64,000 bases of DNA from Leptospira sp. GTDB taxonomy: Bacteria > Spirochaetota > Leptospiria > Leptospirales > Leptospiraceae. The stretch covers positions 256,001-320,000 of the forward strand of contig JAWXAQ010000008.1 in NCBI GenBank assembly GCA_034439575.1. The letters run 5' to 3'. Every line of letters starts with the position of its first letter. Within the stretch, counting starts at the first letter, position 1. A model generated the notes under the pieces. It worked only from the letters and a program-made list of their open reading frames with translations. It was not told the DNA's origin and searched no databases. Positions 49,646 through 60,521 of this stretch are shown one piece after another. Made by a program: the position numbers and the translations under genes.

Positions 49646-51436
49646 ATGTTCAACAAAGATTTTTTGAAGTCTATCACGATCCGACTTGAGTTAATCACTT
49701 ATGTTGTGGTCGTTCCATTTGTATGTTTATTTGTTATATTCGTCAATGGTTTCGATTTAATTCAATCTGGCTTTTTTATGGTCGGTGCTTTAATTGCAAG
49801 TACTGTAACACTTTTTATTTTTCCTAGCATTCGGTGGTTTCATTTAAGTAAAATGGTGCAACCGTTAAATGATTCTTCTTTTATTCAGAATCCGGAAAAA
49901 ATGGGTGCCTTAAAATCAAAATTACTCAGATTTCCTGTGATAGAAAATATTTATGTTAATTTTCAATGGGGAATTGGTGTTCCTATCGCCGCGATAATAG
50001 GTAGTTATTTTATAGGGTATGGATTTTGGCATTATTTTAGTTACCTAATCGCTTTTTTGATGATTAGTTTTATCAATGTGGTTACACATTTTTTCACTTG
50101 TGAAATTCTGATCGGAAATGAGCTAGAACATAAAATTTGGGAAAATGTAAATGCCACAAATATTAAAATAGTTTCATTGCGTCGTCGCATATTTTTCTCA
50201 GTTCTATCAGTTGTTTGGCTATGTTTTTTGATGTTTGGTTATATGATTTTACTTGAGAATCAAAAAATCATTCACCTAGAAAATATTTTTTATTTTATAC
50301 CAGTCCTAGGATTACAGCTATTAGTTGTCGTTGGGCTTGTGACGTATTTATTTTCTTATTCGACAACAAAGAATAGTAGGGATTTGATTAAAAATCTTAT
50401 TAAACTTTCGGAAGGCCAAATAGGAACGAATGCACCTATGATAAGTTCTGATGAAATCGGTGCGGTCAAAAATTCTTTAAACCATTTTAATCTTCGGCTC
50501 AGAAAAATTGTATTGGATATTGGGAAAGAGTCAGATAGATTATTACAATTTTCAAATACTCTAAATTCGCGATCTCGCCAAACAACCGAAAAGTTAATAG
50601 AACAAGCAACATCAACCGAAGAAATGTCGGCAGCTAGCAAAGGATTGATTCAAAGTGCGGAATTGATTTTGCACAAAACCGATGATCAAATGAAACAAAT
50701 GGTTCAGTCAAATGAATCACTTAAATCATTAGGATCAAAAATTTCAGAAATAGAAGTCACGAGTAAAGAAGCAGGTTTACAATCAGAAACAATGGAATCA
50801 CTCGCGCACATGGGTAGTGAGAGAATTCAAATTAGCATTGGTCACATGAATGATATAAGAGAGATCACTCTTAAAATTCAAGGTATCTCGTCACTTGTGT
50901 CAGAGATTGCTGATCGCGTTGGATTGTTATCATTAAATGCATCGATAGAAGCAGCGAGAGCAGGTGAAGCGGGAAGAGGTTTTGCTGTGGTGGCTCAAGA
51001 AATATCAAAGTTAGGTGAATCGACTCAAAAGAGTTCTAAAGAAATTGATGGCCTAGTGACTCAAGCTGTCAAAATGGTTAACTTTGGAACGAGTTCTATG
51101 AATGATTTAAACCAAGCAATGAATACGATACTAACGAGTGTGGAAGAAGCCATTTCTAATATTAAAAAGATACAAAATATTAGCCAAGACCAAGCTGAAT
51201 TAAGCGGCGTGGTCGCAAAACACGCACAAGCTTTATTCGATTTTACAGAAGATATTGTCATAGAAAACAAAGAACAAGCAAGAATTCTTAATCAAATTTC
51301 AAATGCGGTAGAAAAGGTAGCTGAGAATACAAATTATTTGGTCACTGCGGCAGAAGAAAATCAAAATGTAGCTACCGATTTGCAAGACCAATCGACCAAA
51401 TTAAACAAGACCCTCAGTTTCTTTCAGGTAAATTGA
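49646..51436 (+). CDS. Methyl-accepting chemotaxis protein with six-TM sensory region
   Basis: Six hydrophobic segments, HAMP (SSDEIG.V...LN.F), [36 protein letters not shown]. Confidence 0.93.
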   Translation: MFNKDFLKSITIRLELITYVVVVPFVCLFVIFVNGFDLIQSGFFMVGALIASTVTLFIFPSIRWFHLSKMVQPLNDSSFIQNPEKMGALKSKLLRFPVIENIYVNFQWGIGVPIAAIIGSYFIGYGFWHYFSYLIAFLMISFINVVTHFFTCEILIGNELEHKIWENVNATNIKIVSLRRRIFFSVLSVVWLCFLMFGYMILLENQKIIHLENIFYFIPVLGLQLLVVVGLVTYLFSYSTTKNSRDLIKNLIKLSEGQIGTNAPMISSDEIGAVKNSLNHFNLRLRKIVLDIGKESDRLLQFSNTLNSRSRQTTEKLIEQATSTEEMSAASKGLIQSAELILHKTDDQMKQMVQSNESLKSLGSKISEIEVTSKEAGLQSETMESLAHMGSERIQISIGHMNDIREITLKIQGISSLVSEIADRVGLLSLNASIEAARAGEAGRGFAVVAQEISKLGESTQKSSKEIDGLVTQAVKMVNFGTSSMNDLNQAMNTILTSVEEAISNIKKIQNISQDQAELSGVVAKHAQALFDFTEDIVIENKEQARILNQISNAVEKVAENTNYLVTAAEENQNVATDLQDQSTKLNKTLSFFQVN

Positions 51437-51804
51437 TTTATATGACTTATATTCATCAAAAGAATCCTATTTCCATCCCTGTTCCTGGCGGGAAAACCAT
51501 TGATGAACATTTTGGAATCCCTTCAACTTCAAACGATGATATTTCTATTGCGCATATGATTGCTCCTCCTGGATGGGGTGAACCTTTTCAAACGCCTAAC
51601 TTTGATGAATATACACTTATGATTCGTGGCAGGAAACAAATTGAAATAAATGGTGAAGTCATTGTTTTGCGGGCTGGGGAATCTTTGCAAATTCTAAAAG
51701 GTACTAAGGTTAGATACTCCAATCCGTTTCAAGAAGAAGCAGAATATTGGTCCGTTTGTAAACCGGCATTTTCACTCTCGGAAGTCAACCGAGAAGACAA
51801 TTAA
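51433..51804 (+). CDS. Cupin-domain protein
   Basis: IDEHFG, SIAHM.APPGW.EP.QTP.FDEYT, V..L.AGE, VRYSNP...AEY.SVC.PAFS. Confidence 0.85.
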   Translation: MIYMTYIHQKNPISIPVPGGKTIDEHFGIPSTSNDDISIAHMIAPPGWGEPFQTPNFDEYTLMIRGRKQIEINGEVIVLRAGESLQILKGTKVRYSNPFQEEAEYWSVCKPAFSLSEVNREDN

Positions 51805-51944
51805 CCTCGATAAGATTGTAAATTATAAAATAAATTTTTTCTTACCATTTCTCAAAATTTGATAATAAATTGACCTTCGATTGTTTAATTTGACAATGCG
51901 ATTCAATTGAAATTTCCCAAATGGGATACATATTATCAAAATTT

Positions 51945-53291
51945 ATGCAAAAAAGAATATTTCTCATGATTCTTATTTCACTCACCTTAGAATCATGTAA
52001 TCTCATACTCGACAATCCTGGTGCATTAGGTGATAAATCAAATATTGCCACCCAAATTCTGCGATGTCTGCTCGGTGAGAATCGCATTTGTCAAAGTTCT
52101 TCCGCTGTGTCTTCAAATCCCCCCACAGATTTGACTTATCCCAATTCCATTATTTTTAAGAATGATATTCCAAATAGTATTTCTCCCAACATCACCGGCT
52201 CACCAGTTACCTACACCATCGAACCTGGTTTGCCCTCAGGAATTGCAATAGATACAAATACAGGAAGCATATATGGGAACTACACCTCCTTTAATGGTTC
52301 CTCATCAAATTATACAGTAAAAGCGACAAACATTCATGGATCGACATCTGTTTCTATAAAAATTATATCTTTTGGAAAAGAGCCTCTAATAACAGGTCAA
52401 ATCAATTGCCGCGATAATCTTGGAAACATCATGGCTTGCACAGGAACAGGCCAGGATGCTGAATATCAAAAGGGCAGTAGCACTTTATTAACGGACAATG
52501 CAGATGGATCGGTAAAAGACAATATAACGGGTCTACTATGGAAAAAGTGTGAATTGGGTGGAACATACACTGTGGGATCAAATTCCTGTACAGTGGCAGG
52601 TACACTTGGAAATTTTACTGCCTCATCTACTGGGTGCTCTGCAATAACAGGATACCGCCTTCCTTCCCTCTTTGAAATACGCTCCATTTCAAAAATGGAT
52701 AATAACACAGGTTTTTTCTCCCCATTTGCCATTGAAAATGGAAGTTATTGGACTTCGAATGTATCACCGGTCGGGCATTTCATTTTGATCAACACAACTG
52801 TAAACATTGGAGAATCATTGGATGGAAATAGTGGGATCACAAAATGCGTGTCAGGTTCTAGTATTTCTTCGAAAAATATGTTTGTTGATAATTTAGATGG
52901 ATCAATTTTAGATATATCGACAGGCCTGCTCTGGCAAAAATGTCCGATTGGACAAACCTATGGAGGAGGTACTTGTACAGGAACGATAACCATTCCTATG
53001 TGGGACATCGCACTTACAAATTGCACGGCTTCCACTTTTCTCGGTAAAACCTGGAGACCTCCAAATATCAATGAATTGGCAAGTTTATTTGATCCAAGTT
53101 TTTCCAATTATATCAATCCAACTTTTTTTCCGACAGTCGGAAATAGTGCAGGCTCGTATGGGTTTTGGTCCTCCACAGGAATAACGACTACAGGTAAAAC
53201 AGTATTCTTTAGTTCTACTTCTCCTTCCATATCGAGTGCCCCAAAAACTACTGTGAATGTTTATGCTTCTCTTTGTGTTAGTGGGCCCTAA
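51945..53291 (+). CDS. Surface lipoprotein with putative Ig domain and two Lcl/DUF1566 domains
   Basis: Lipobox LESC; LPSGIAIDTNTG.I.G...YTVKATN..GS; TGQ..C....CTGTGQDAE; two repeats of DN.DGS..D..TGL.W.KC..G...C....(W/Y)R.P...E..S. Confidence 0.85.
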   Translation: MQKRIFLMILISLTLESCNLILDNPGALGDKSNIATQILRCLLGENRICQSSSAVSSNPPTDLTYPNSIIFKNDIPNSISPNITGSPVTYTIEPGLPSGIAIDTNTGSIYGNYTSFNGSSSNYTVKATNIHGSTSVSIKIISFGKEPLITGQINCRDNLGNIMACTGTGQDAEYQKGSSTLLTDNADGSVKDNITGLLWKKCELGGTYTVGSNSCTVAGTLGNFTASSTGCSAITGYRLPSLFEIRSISKMDNNTGFFSPFAIENGSYWTSNVSPVGHFILINTTVNIGESLDGNSGITKCVSGSSISSKNMFVDNLDGSILDISTGLLWQKCPIGQTYGGGTCTGTITIPMWDIALTNCTASTFLGKTWRPPNINELASLFDPSFSNYINPTFFPTVGNSAGSYGFWSSTGITTTGKTVFFSSTSPSISSAPKTTVNVYASLCVSGP

Positions 53292-53378
53292 TGATCTTTG
53301 GATCTATCTTAATTATATTTAAGCGGACACTTTTCTCATTGATATAATTCAAATTTCATTCAGAGTTTAATTCAAAAT

Positions 53379-54257
53379 ATGAAACTTTTCATCACATACA
53401 TTTTATTTATATTAAATTTAATCTGGCTCATTCCGATTTTATATCCCTTTCTTTTGTTGAAACTTTTACCATACAAATCATGTAAATCGCTAGCGAATAA
53501 AGTATTGATATCCTTAGCAGAATCTTGGATTGCCAATAATTATAGGCTGTCAGTCCTTATGTATGGTATCAAATTTGAAGTGGAAGGATTGGAGAATCCA
53601 GAAATTTCGAATAATAAAAGTTATTTGATAATAAGCAACCATCAATCATGGGCTGATATTTATGTGATCCAATCTATATTAAATAGAAAGGTTCCCTTCA
53701 TTCGTTTTTTTATAAAAAATTCACTTAAATGGATTCCGATTTTAGGTCAGGCTTGGGTTGGACTAGATTTTCCTTTTGTTCGTCGAAGTAAAAGAGAAGA
53801 TATCCAAAAAAATCCAGAACTAGCAAATCGCGATTTGCAAAATGTAAGAGATGTTTGTTCTAAATTTCGTGGGATTCCTTTTTGTATTTTGAATTTCGTA
53901 GAAGGACATAGACGAACACCGGAAAGAATGAAAAAAATTCTCAAAAAAAATCCGTATCAATATTTACTTAGAGCGCATAGCGGAGGAATTTCTGTCGTTG
54001 CGACAGAATTAAAAGATGAACTGCATGGTATCATTGATTTAACTTTAATTTATCCTGATGATAAATCTACTTTTTATGATTTAATGAAAGGAGATGTTCG
54101 TGCAATCAAAGTTAAAATTGAATTTATTCCGATTACAGATGTACCTATCGAGGATAACCCACAGTATGCTGCCATGTCAAAGAAAATGAAACGTTGGATC
54201 GATGAAAGGTGGGAACAAAAAGATAAAACTCTTCGCGAGTTGTTGCCATCCATTTAG
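53379..54257 (+). CDS. Acyltransferase (PlsC/YihG-like)
   Basis: SNHQSWADI (HX4D), FFIK..LKW.P.LG.AW..LDFPFVRR, NFVEG.R.T, W+DERW..KD. Confidence 0.9.
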   Translation: MKLFITYILFILNLIWLIPILYPFLLLKLLPYKSCKSLANKVLISLAESWIANNYRLSVLMYGIKFEVEGLENPEISNNKSYLIISNHQSWADIYVIQSILNRKVPFIRFFIKNSLKWIPILGQAWVGLDFPFVRRSKREDIQKNPELANRDLQNVRDVCSKFRGIPFCILNFVEGHRRTPERMKKILKKNPYQYLLRAHSGGISVVATELKDELHGIIDLTLIYPDDKSTFYDLMKGDVRAIKVKIEFIPITDVPIEDNPQYAAMSKKMKRWIDERWEQKDKTLRELLPSI

Positions 54258-54262
54258 TTTCT

Positions 54263-54889
54263 ATGATGAATTTTTCTTACTTTATCGAGTTAGGTGGTAT
54301 AATGGTTTTTGCAATTTCTGGTGCCCTAGCTGCCCTAGAAAAAAAAGAACATCATCATGATTTTTTTAGCGTTTTTTTCACTGGATTTATTACGGCAATT
54401 GGTGGAGGGACTCTTCGTGACATGACACTCGGAAACTATCCAGTTTCGTGGGTAAGAGATGAGAATGTGTTGTGGTCGATTTTTATTGGGTTTTTGATCG
54501 TTTCTCTATTTACAAAATTTTTATTGAACTTACGAAAAGAGCTTTTTATTTTTGATACCATTGGAATCGGGATTTATACTGTTATAGGAACAAAAATTTC
54601 ATTGGCAAATGGAGTTAATCCATTTGCGGCTGTTATACTTGGAATGGTTTCTGCGATTTTTGGTGGGGTGATTCGAGACACATTGATGAACCAGGTCCCC
54701 TTTATATTTAGAAAAGAAATATATGCGACGGCTTGTATCACAGGAGCCCTTGCTTATATATTCTTTTCCAAAATGGGACTTCCTGAGAATTGGAATACTT
54801 CCCTATCTACTTTAATCGTTGTTGCCATTCGTATAGCGGCAGTTAGATATAATTTAAGTCTCCCCAAAATCAATCTACCCAAAATATAA
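54263..54889 (+). CDS. Trimeric intracellular cation channel family (UPF0126/YadS-like) protein
   Basis: G..VFAISGA, TAIGGGTLRD..LG..PV.W, DTIG.G.Y...G, FGGVIRD.L...P..FRKEIYAT. Confidence 0.92.
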   Translation: MMNFSYFIELGGIMVFAISGALAALEKKEHHHDFFSVFFTGFITAIGGGTLRDMTLGNYPVSWVRDENVLWSIFIGFLIVSLFTKFLLNLRKELFIFDTIGIGIYTVIGTKISLANGVNPFAAVILGMVSAIFGGVIRDTLMNQVPFIFRKEIYATACITGALAYIFFSKMGLPENWNTSLSTLIVVAIRIAAVRYNLSLPKINLPKI

Positions 54890-55093
54890 ACTTTCAATAT
54901 ATAGAAAAGGGGTATTCACTACAACTTTTCGTATTTATCCTAATTATGTGTTTCGGAATTGTTCTAATCAGATCGAAAGATTAGTTTAAATACTTACATG
55001 GGTTAGATTAAAATTATCTTATTGTCGGAAAGTTATTTACTCTATTTTAGGATTAGAAATCTACTCTTAAGTGTATATTTTAGGAGTTAGGAT

Positions 55094-56614
55094 ATGTCCC
55101 AAGCGAAACCCATGCAATTGGAATTTAGAGAACAGTTAGGACTTCACGCTAATATTCCCGATATCAATCATCCTATCCAAGAAAACCAACCATTCCATTT
55201 TAAATTTTTCAATATAAATGATAATATTGAAAATACCTTATACCAAACATTAGATCGATTTTTACTACAGATGGATGTTCTATCCATCCGTGAATCTGTC
55301 ATTGCCGCTGTGAAAGAGATGGTGACAAATGCCGTGCGTGCCAATGTCAAAAGGGTATATTTTCATTCCCAACAAGCCAATATTCAAAGTGAAGAAGATT
55401 ATTCAGATAAGATGAATGATTTCAAAAAAGATTATTTAGAAAATAGAACCGAATTTGAAGAAGGTCTTTTGAAACACAATTATGGAGTATATGTTTCATT
55501 TATACATAACAAGAGTTTGATGCGGATTCGAATTATGAACAACATTGAACTGACTCCCGAAGAAATCGAAAGAATTAAATTCAGGATTGAGCGTGCTAAA
55601 ACATACAATGACCTAGCTGAAGCATTTATGGATGCATCTAACGAACAAGAAGGTGCTGGTCTAGGATTGATTATGACTTTGATGATGTTAAAGAATGATG
55701 GATTGGGAGATTCTGCATTTAAATTTGAAAGTTCAGGCAATAAAACTATTTTTACTATAGATGTTCCGGCTCAAATTTCAAAAGAGTCACCAAATGAATC
55801 AAAAATTGATCGTCTTGTGGATGAAGTCGATAATTTGCCTACTTTTCCTAAAACCATACAAGATATCCAAACCGCAATAGACAAACCAAATTCGAGTATT
55901 GGTCAAATCGCAGAAATGATCAAAAAAGATATTTCACTATCTGCAAATATTCTAAAACTCTCAAATTCGGCGGCATTTCGTCGTGGTGCTAAAGTTGAAT
56001 CACTTGATCGAGCGATTCAACTGATCGGATTAAAAGAATTGCAGGCATTACTTTATTCACTCGGAACAAAACAAATTTTGGAAGATAAATTTCCCGTTTT
56101 CAATGCTATCTGGGAAAAGTCAAATGAATCTGCATTCTATTGCAAAGCTATTGCTCAAAAAATGGGAATGAATAAAAATGCTCAGAGTAATCTTCTCGCA
56201 TCGGCTTTGTTACATGACATTGGAGAAATTTTATTACTTTCTTTTGAATCGGAAAAAATGGGTCGCATTAAAAATTATTCGACGTCTAAAGAAATTGCAT
56301 CCGCGATTTCTTTAGAAGAATCTGCCTTTGGTATCACGCATTCTAAATTAGGTGCTCTCGTAGGAAGTAAATGGAATTTTCCGGATATTTACATTCGCGC
56401 TATGGAATATCATCACAGACCTCTACTTGCGGAAGATTTTTATCAAGAAATTATCTTCCCGATTTATTTAGCAGATATGATGATTCTCATCAATCACAAA
56501 GAAGCTCGTTCTTCGGAAATTCCGGAAGAAATATTAAAATTTTGTAAATTTTCTTCCAAGGGAGAATTTGATTCCTTTCGAACTAAAATTAAAGAACAAT
56601 TTCAAATGGATTAG
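55094..56614 (+). CDS. HDOD-domain signalling protein with N-terminal HATPase-like domain
   Basis: N-terminal KEMVTNAVRAN and GAGLGL; C-terminal LPTFP, I..D..LSA.ILKLSNSA.F, SL..AI.LIG, LLHDIG, GITH..LG...KWNFP, YHHRP. Confidence 0.88.
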   Translation: MSQAKPMQLEFREQLGLHANIPDINHPIQENQPFHFKFFNINDNIENTLYQTLDRFLLQMDVLSIRESVIAAVKEMVTNAVRANVKRVYFHSQQANIQSEEDYSDKMNDFKKDYLENRTEFEEGLLKHNYGVYVSFIHNKSLMRIRIMNNIELTPEEIERIKFRIERAKTYNDLAEAFMDASNEQEGAGLGLIMTLMMLKNDGLGDSAFKFESSGNKTIFTIDVPAQISKESPNESKIDRLVDEVDNLPTFPKTIQDIQTAIDKPNSSIGQIAEMIKKDISLSANILKLSNSAAFRRGAKVESLDRAIQLIGLKELQALLYSLGTKQILEDKFPVFNAIWEKSNESAFYCKAIAQKMGMNKNAQSNLLASALLHDIGEILLLSFESEKMGRIKNYSTSKEIASAISLEESAFGITHSKLGALVGSKWNFPDIYIRAMEYHHRPLLAEDFYQEIIFPIYLADMMILINHKEARSSEIPEEILKFCKFSSKGEFDSFRTKIKEQFQMD

Positions 56615-57261
56615 TGTTTTAATTTACCTTTGTAAGTTTGTCGGAACAATTGATACCTCGGTATTGATACATTGACAACATAAGATTGGTTAGGATTTTT
56701 TTTGATAAAATCTTGGTGATATGATTCGGCTTGATAAAAAGCTTCCAATTTTTTAATTTCCGTCACTATAGGACTTGGAAAGCGCTTTTCCGATTCATAA
56801 TTTCTTTTGATTTCGTAAGCGATATTTTTTTCTTCTTCTGTTAGATAAAACAAAATGGAGCGATACGAATTTCCAGAATCTGGACCTTGTCTATCTAAGG
56901 TAGTCGGATCGTGCGAATCAAAAAACACACGGCAAAGTTCTTTGTAAGAAATAATTTTCGGATCATAAATAACATAGACAGTTTCGGCATGTCCCGTAGT
57001 TTCCGTGTTAACGCTATCGTATGTTGGGTCAGCTGTATGACCGCCCGCGTAACCAGAAATAACTTCTTCTACTCCTAGCACAGATTCAAAAATATGCTCA
57101 CTGCACCAAAAACATCCTTCGGCAAACGCTGCAATTGCTTTTCCTTTTTCAGGCGTGAGCGGTAGTTTTGTGATACTACCATCCTTTTCAGGAAAAATGT
57201 GACATTGTAAAAAATATGTACTAATTAGGAAAAAAACAATTGAACAACGAATTTTTTTCAT
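56611..57261 (-). CDS. msrA: Peptide methionine sulfoxide reductase A, exported/lipoprotein form
   Basis: FAEGCFWC, GYAGG...PTY..V...TTGHAE.V...YDP, HDPT...RQGPD.G..YRS, FY.AE.YHQ; N-terminal lipobox FLQC. Confidence 0.95.
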   Translation of the reverse strand: MKKIRCSIVFFLISTYFLQCHIFPEKDGSITKLPLTPEKGKAIAAFAEGCFWCSEHIFESVLGVEEVISGYAGGHTADPTYDSVNTETTGHAETVYVIYDPKIISYKELCRVFFDSHDPTTLDRQGPDSGNSYRSILFYLTEEEKNIAYEIKRNYESEKRFPSPIVTEIKKLEAFYQAESYHQDFIKKNPNQSYVVNVSIPRYQLFRQTYKGKLKH

Positions 57262-57480
57262 TTTTTATAAATAATCCTTTTATATTTCTAGTTTCAATAA
57301 TGATTTCGTTTTAAGAAGAAAAAAGTTACAAAATAAATTAATTTTTCACACTATCGTAGTATTTAAAAATACTCTAAAATTAGAATATTGATTGCCTTTC
57401 GTATGAGCATTGTTATGATTACCTCTGCACTTTTATAAATATTATGTTTTTTATTTGGATTTGATTAGTAAAGGTACTAT

Positions 57481-59637
57481 ATGATAGCTACATTTGGAAA
57501 ATCTATTTTACTAGTTGAAGATGATGCTATTTTGGCTCTTCTGGAAAAAAAACAATTACTCGAAGAAGGATACCGTGTAAGCCATGTAACGAGTGGGGAA
57601 AAAGCACTAGATTTGGTTTTCGGAAAACGGGAAATTTTTGATCTCATATTGTTGGATATTGATCTTGGAAATGGGATCGATGGTACAGAAACCGCCACTC
57701 AAATTTTAAAACAGTTAGAAGTACCAATATTATTTTTATCCTCTCATACTGAACGTGCAGTTGTAAGAAAAACAGAAACGATCACATCTTATGGTTATGT
57801 GGTGAAAAATTCTGGGTTCACGGTACTTGATGCGAGTATTAAGATGGCGTTTAAATTATTTGATGCTCACGAAAATATCAAAAATAAAAAAGAACATTTG
57901 GAGACAGTATTGCATTCGATAGGTGATGCTGTGATAGCGACAGATAAAGAAGGAATCGTTGTTAAAATGAATCCAGTTGCAGAATATTTGACAGGTTGGA
58001 AATTTGATGAAGGACAAGGTAAAAAGCTAAAAGAGATTTTTAAAATAATTAATGCAAAAACTAGATTAGAAGTAGAAAATCCAGTAGATATAGTATTAAA
58101 AACAGATAAAATCGTAGGACTTGCAAATCACACAGTTCTGATTTCTAAAAATAATAATGAATTTCAAATAGCCGATTCAGGATCTCCCATTAAAGATTTA
58201 AATGGAGAAACTAAAGGTGTTGTACTGGTATTTCGTGATGTCTCAAAAGAATATCAAATTCAGAAACACATCGCAGAACAAGCAAATATGCTAAACCATG
58301 TAATGGATGCAATCATTGCTACAGATGCTTTCTTAAATATAACTTATTGGAATCAGGCCGCCAATTATATGTATGGTTGGAGTGAAGAAGAAGTGATTGG
58401 TAAAAATTCCAAGGAAGTTTTAAAAACAGAATTTTTAAATATTTCACGCGAAGAGATTATTGATCGACTAAATAATTCTGGCATTGTTCGCACAGAGGCC
58501 AAACAGATTCGAAAAGACAATACTTATATCGAAATAGAAGCTAATACAATATTATTAAAAGATGATGATGGTCAAAAAATAGGTTATCTTTCCGTAAATA
58601 GGGACATCACAGAAAAAAACTTCGCAAAACAACAACTCATAGCTTCCCAAGAACGATTTATGGAAATCATTGAATCTGCGATGGATGCTATTATTAGTAT
58701 AGATAAAAATAAAAACATTATATTATTTAACGATGCCGCCGAACGTATGTTCGGATATTCATCTTCTGAAATGATAGGTTCACCCCTGGATAAATTAATT
58801 CCTCTAGAGTTTAGACCAAATCATGACAAACATATTGATAATTTTGGCAATACGGGCGTTAGTCGAAGAGCGATGGGTGAACTTGGACAAATTCATGGGA
58901 TGAGATCTAATGGTGAAATTTTTCCTATTGAGGCCTCGATTTCTCAAATCAGGCTAACAAATGAAAAAATTTATACAGTTATTTTAAGGGATGTGACTCT
59001 CAGAAACAATAGTGAAGAAAAAATTAAAAAATTACTCAAAGAAAAAGAGAATATACTCAAAGAAATCCATCATAGAGTAAAAAATAATATGAGTGCGATT
59101 TATACTTTGTTAACTCTCCAATCTCGGGCACAAAGTGATTCTGGTGTTAAAACCATTCTATTAGAAGCTGCAAGTCGTGTGAAGAGTATGATTGTTCTCT
59201 ATGACAAACTCTATCATTCATCAACAGATAACAGTGTTTCATTGAAGGAATATTTTCCAGATATATTTAAAGAAATATTGGATATTTTTCCAAATGAAAT
59301 TTTATTAAATTTGGAAATACCAGATGAAGATTTTGAATTAAGCCCTAAATTACTTTCACCTCTTGGTATTATAATTAATGAACTAATTACAAATAGTATG
59401 AAGCATGCATTTCCGCCAGCTTCAAAAGGAAATATTCATTTTGGAATAAGTCGAGAGAACCAAAAAATCCAAATAATATACAAAGACAATGGTTTAGGTA
59501 TCCCAAAAAATCTTACTTTTGAAAATAGTACAGGCTTTGGTCTACAACTTATATCCTTGTTAGTTTCTCAAATAAATGGAACAATTACTATGGAGAACGA
59601 TTCAGGTACAAAATTTATTATTATTTTTGAGGTTTAA
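57481..59637 (+). CDS. Hybrid signalling protein REC-PAS-PAS-PAS-HisKA_2-HATPase
   Basis: ILLVEDD...LLDIDL receiver; three PAS repeats (DA(V/I)IATD/ISID...N..A); EIHHRVKNN, NELITNSMKHAF, DNGLG, GFGLQL. Confidence 0.92.
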   Translation: MIATFGKSILLVEDDAILALLEKKQLLEEGYRVSHVTSGEKALDLVFGKREIFDLILLDIDLGNGIDGTETATQILKQLEVPILFLSSHTERAVVRKTETITSYGYVVKNSGFTVLDASIKMAFKLFDAHENIKNKKEHLETVLHSIGDAVIATDKEGIVVKMNPVAEYLTGWKFDEGQGKKLKEIFKIINAKTRLEVENPVDIVLKTDKIVGLANHTVLISKNNNEFQIADSGSPIKDLNGETKGVVLVFRDVSKEYQIQKHIAEQANMLNHVMDAIIATDAFLNITYWNQAANYMYGWSEEEVIGKNSKEVLKTEFLNISREEIIDRLNNSGIVRTEAKQIRKDNTYIEIEANTILLKDDDGQKIGYLSVNRDITEKNFAKQQLIASQERFMEIIESAMDAIISIDKNKNIILFNDAAERMFGYSSSEMIGSPLDKLIPLEFRPNHDKHIDNFGNTGVSRRAMGELGQIHGMRSNGEIFPIEASISQIRLTNEKIYTVILRDVTLRNNSEEKIKKLLKEKENILKEIHHRVKNNMSAIYTLLTLQSRAQSDSGVKTILLEAASRVKSMIVLYDKLYHSSTDNSVSLKEYFPDIFKEILDIFPNEILLNLEIPDEDFELSPKLLSPLGIIINELITNSMKHAFPPASKGNIHFGISRENQKIQIIYKDNGLGIPKNLTFENSTGFGLQLISLLVSQINGTITMENDSGTKFIIIFEV

Positions 59638-59717
59638 AATTTGAAATTCTTTCTATTCCAGATTTGAAATTCATGACAATTAATGTATGTGAATCTTTGA
59701 AAAATTAGGAAATTAGA

Positions 59718-60476
59718 ATGAATTCTTTGTTAATTTGGAAAGACTTTGCAGTGTATGCGGGTCCATCTTTTTCCACTCACCGTCATAGCCATTTTTTTCA
59801 TCAAATTTGTTTAGGCATTGATGGACCTTTTCAGCTTAAAGGAAAAGATGAAAAATTGTATTCTTATCAGAGCGCATATATTCCATCGGGAACTAGCCAC
59901 GAAACGATTGGAACTGATACAAATTTTATAATTCTACTTGTTGATCCATTATCTTTTGGACTCAATTTATTTTCTGAAGTTTCCGTAATAGATGGAGAGC
60001 CTGCCTGTGATGTATCGCTATTTTTCACGCATTCAGAAATAGATAAATATTATAATATATATTTAAATGAACCTGAATATTTTCGTTCCAAGCTAATCAC
60101 GCAATTAAGCAAGATAGGATTGGGTAATGATTTTTCTACAGATAAAAGAATTTTAGATAGTATTGAAAAGCTTTATCTTTCTTCTGATCGACTAACGCTA
60201 ACCGAACTTGCTAAAAGAGCAAATATATCCACAAGCCGATTCCGTCATCTTTTTAAAGAGCAAATAGGAATTCCTTTATCTGCGTATCAACTTTGGTTAA
60301 AAACTAGAAAGGCCATTTTATATCTCGTGGAGAATCAAAAATTAATAGAAGCCGCATACGAAGGGGGTTTTTCTGATCAGGCGCATTTTAGTCGAATATT
60401 TCGCAGGTCTTTCGGATTAAATCCGAGCGAGTTCCAAAAAAATAAATCTTTCACGATTAAAATTTTTAAGGAATAG
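59718..60476 (+). CDS. AraC family transcriptional regulator
   Basis: N-terminal cupin (HRHSHFFHQI); C-terminal LA....IS.SRFRHLFKEQ.G, A...GFSDQAHFSR.FRR.FGL.PS. Confidence 0.95.
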   Translation: MNSLLIWKDFAVYAGPSFSTHRHSHFFHQICLGIDGPFQLKGKDEKLYSYQSAYIPSGTSHETIGTDTNFIILLVDPLSFGLNLFSEVSVIDGEPACDVSLFFTHSEIDKYYNIYLNEPEYFRSKLITQLSKIGLGNDFSTDKRILDSIEKLYLSSDRLTLTELAKRANISTSRFRHLFKEQIGIPLSAYQLWLKTRKAILYLVENQKLIEAAYEGGFSDQAHFSRIFRRSFGLNPSEFQKNKSFTIKIFKE

Positions 60477-60521
60477 CCTTTTCCTTCAAGAACTGTATTT
60501 AAATTTTTGCTATGATGGATC

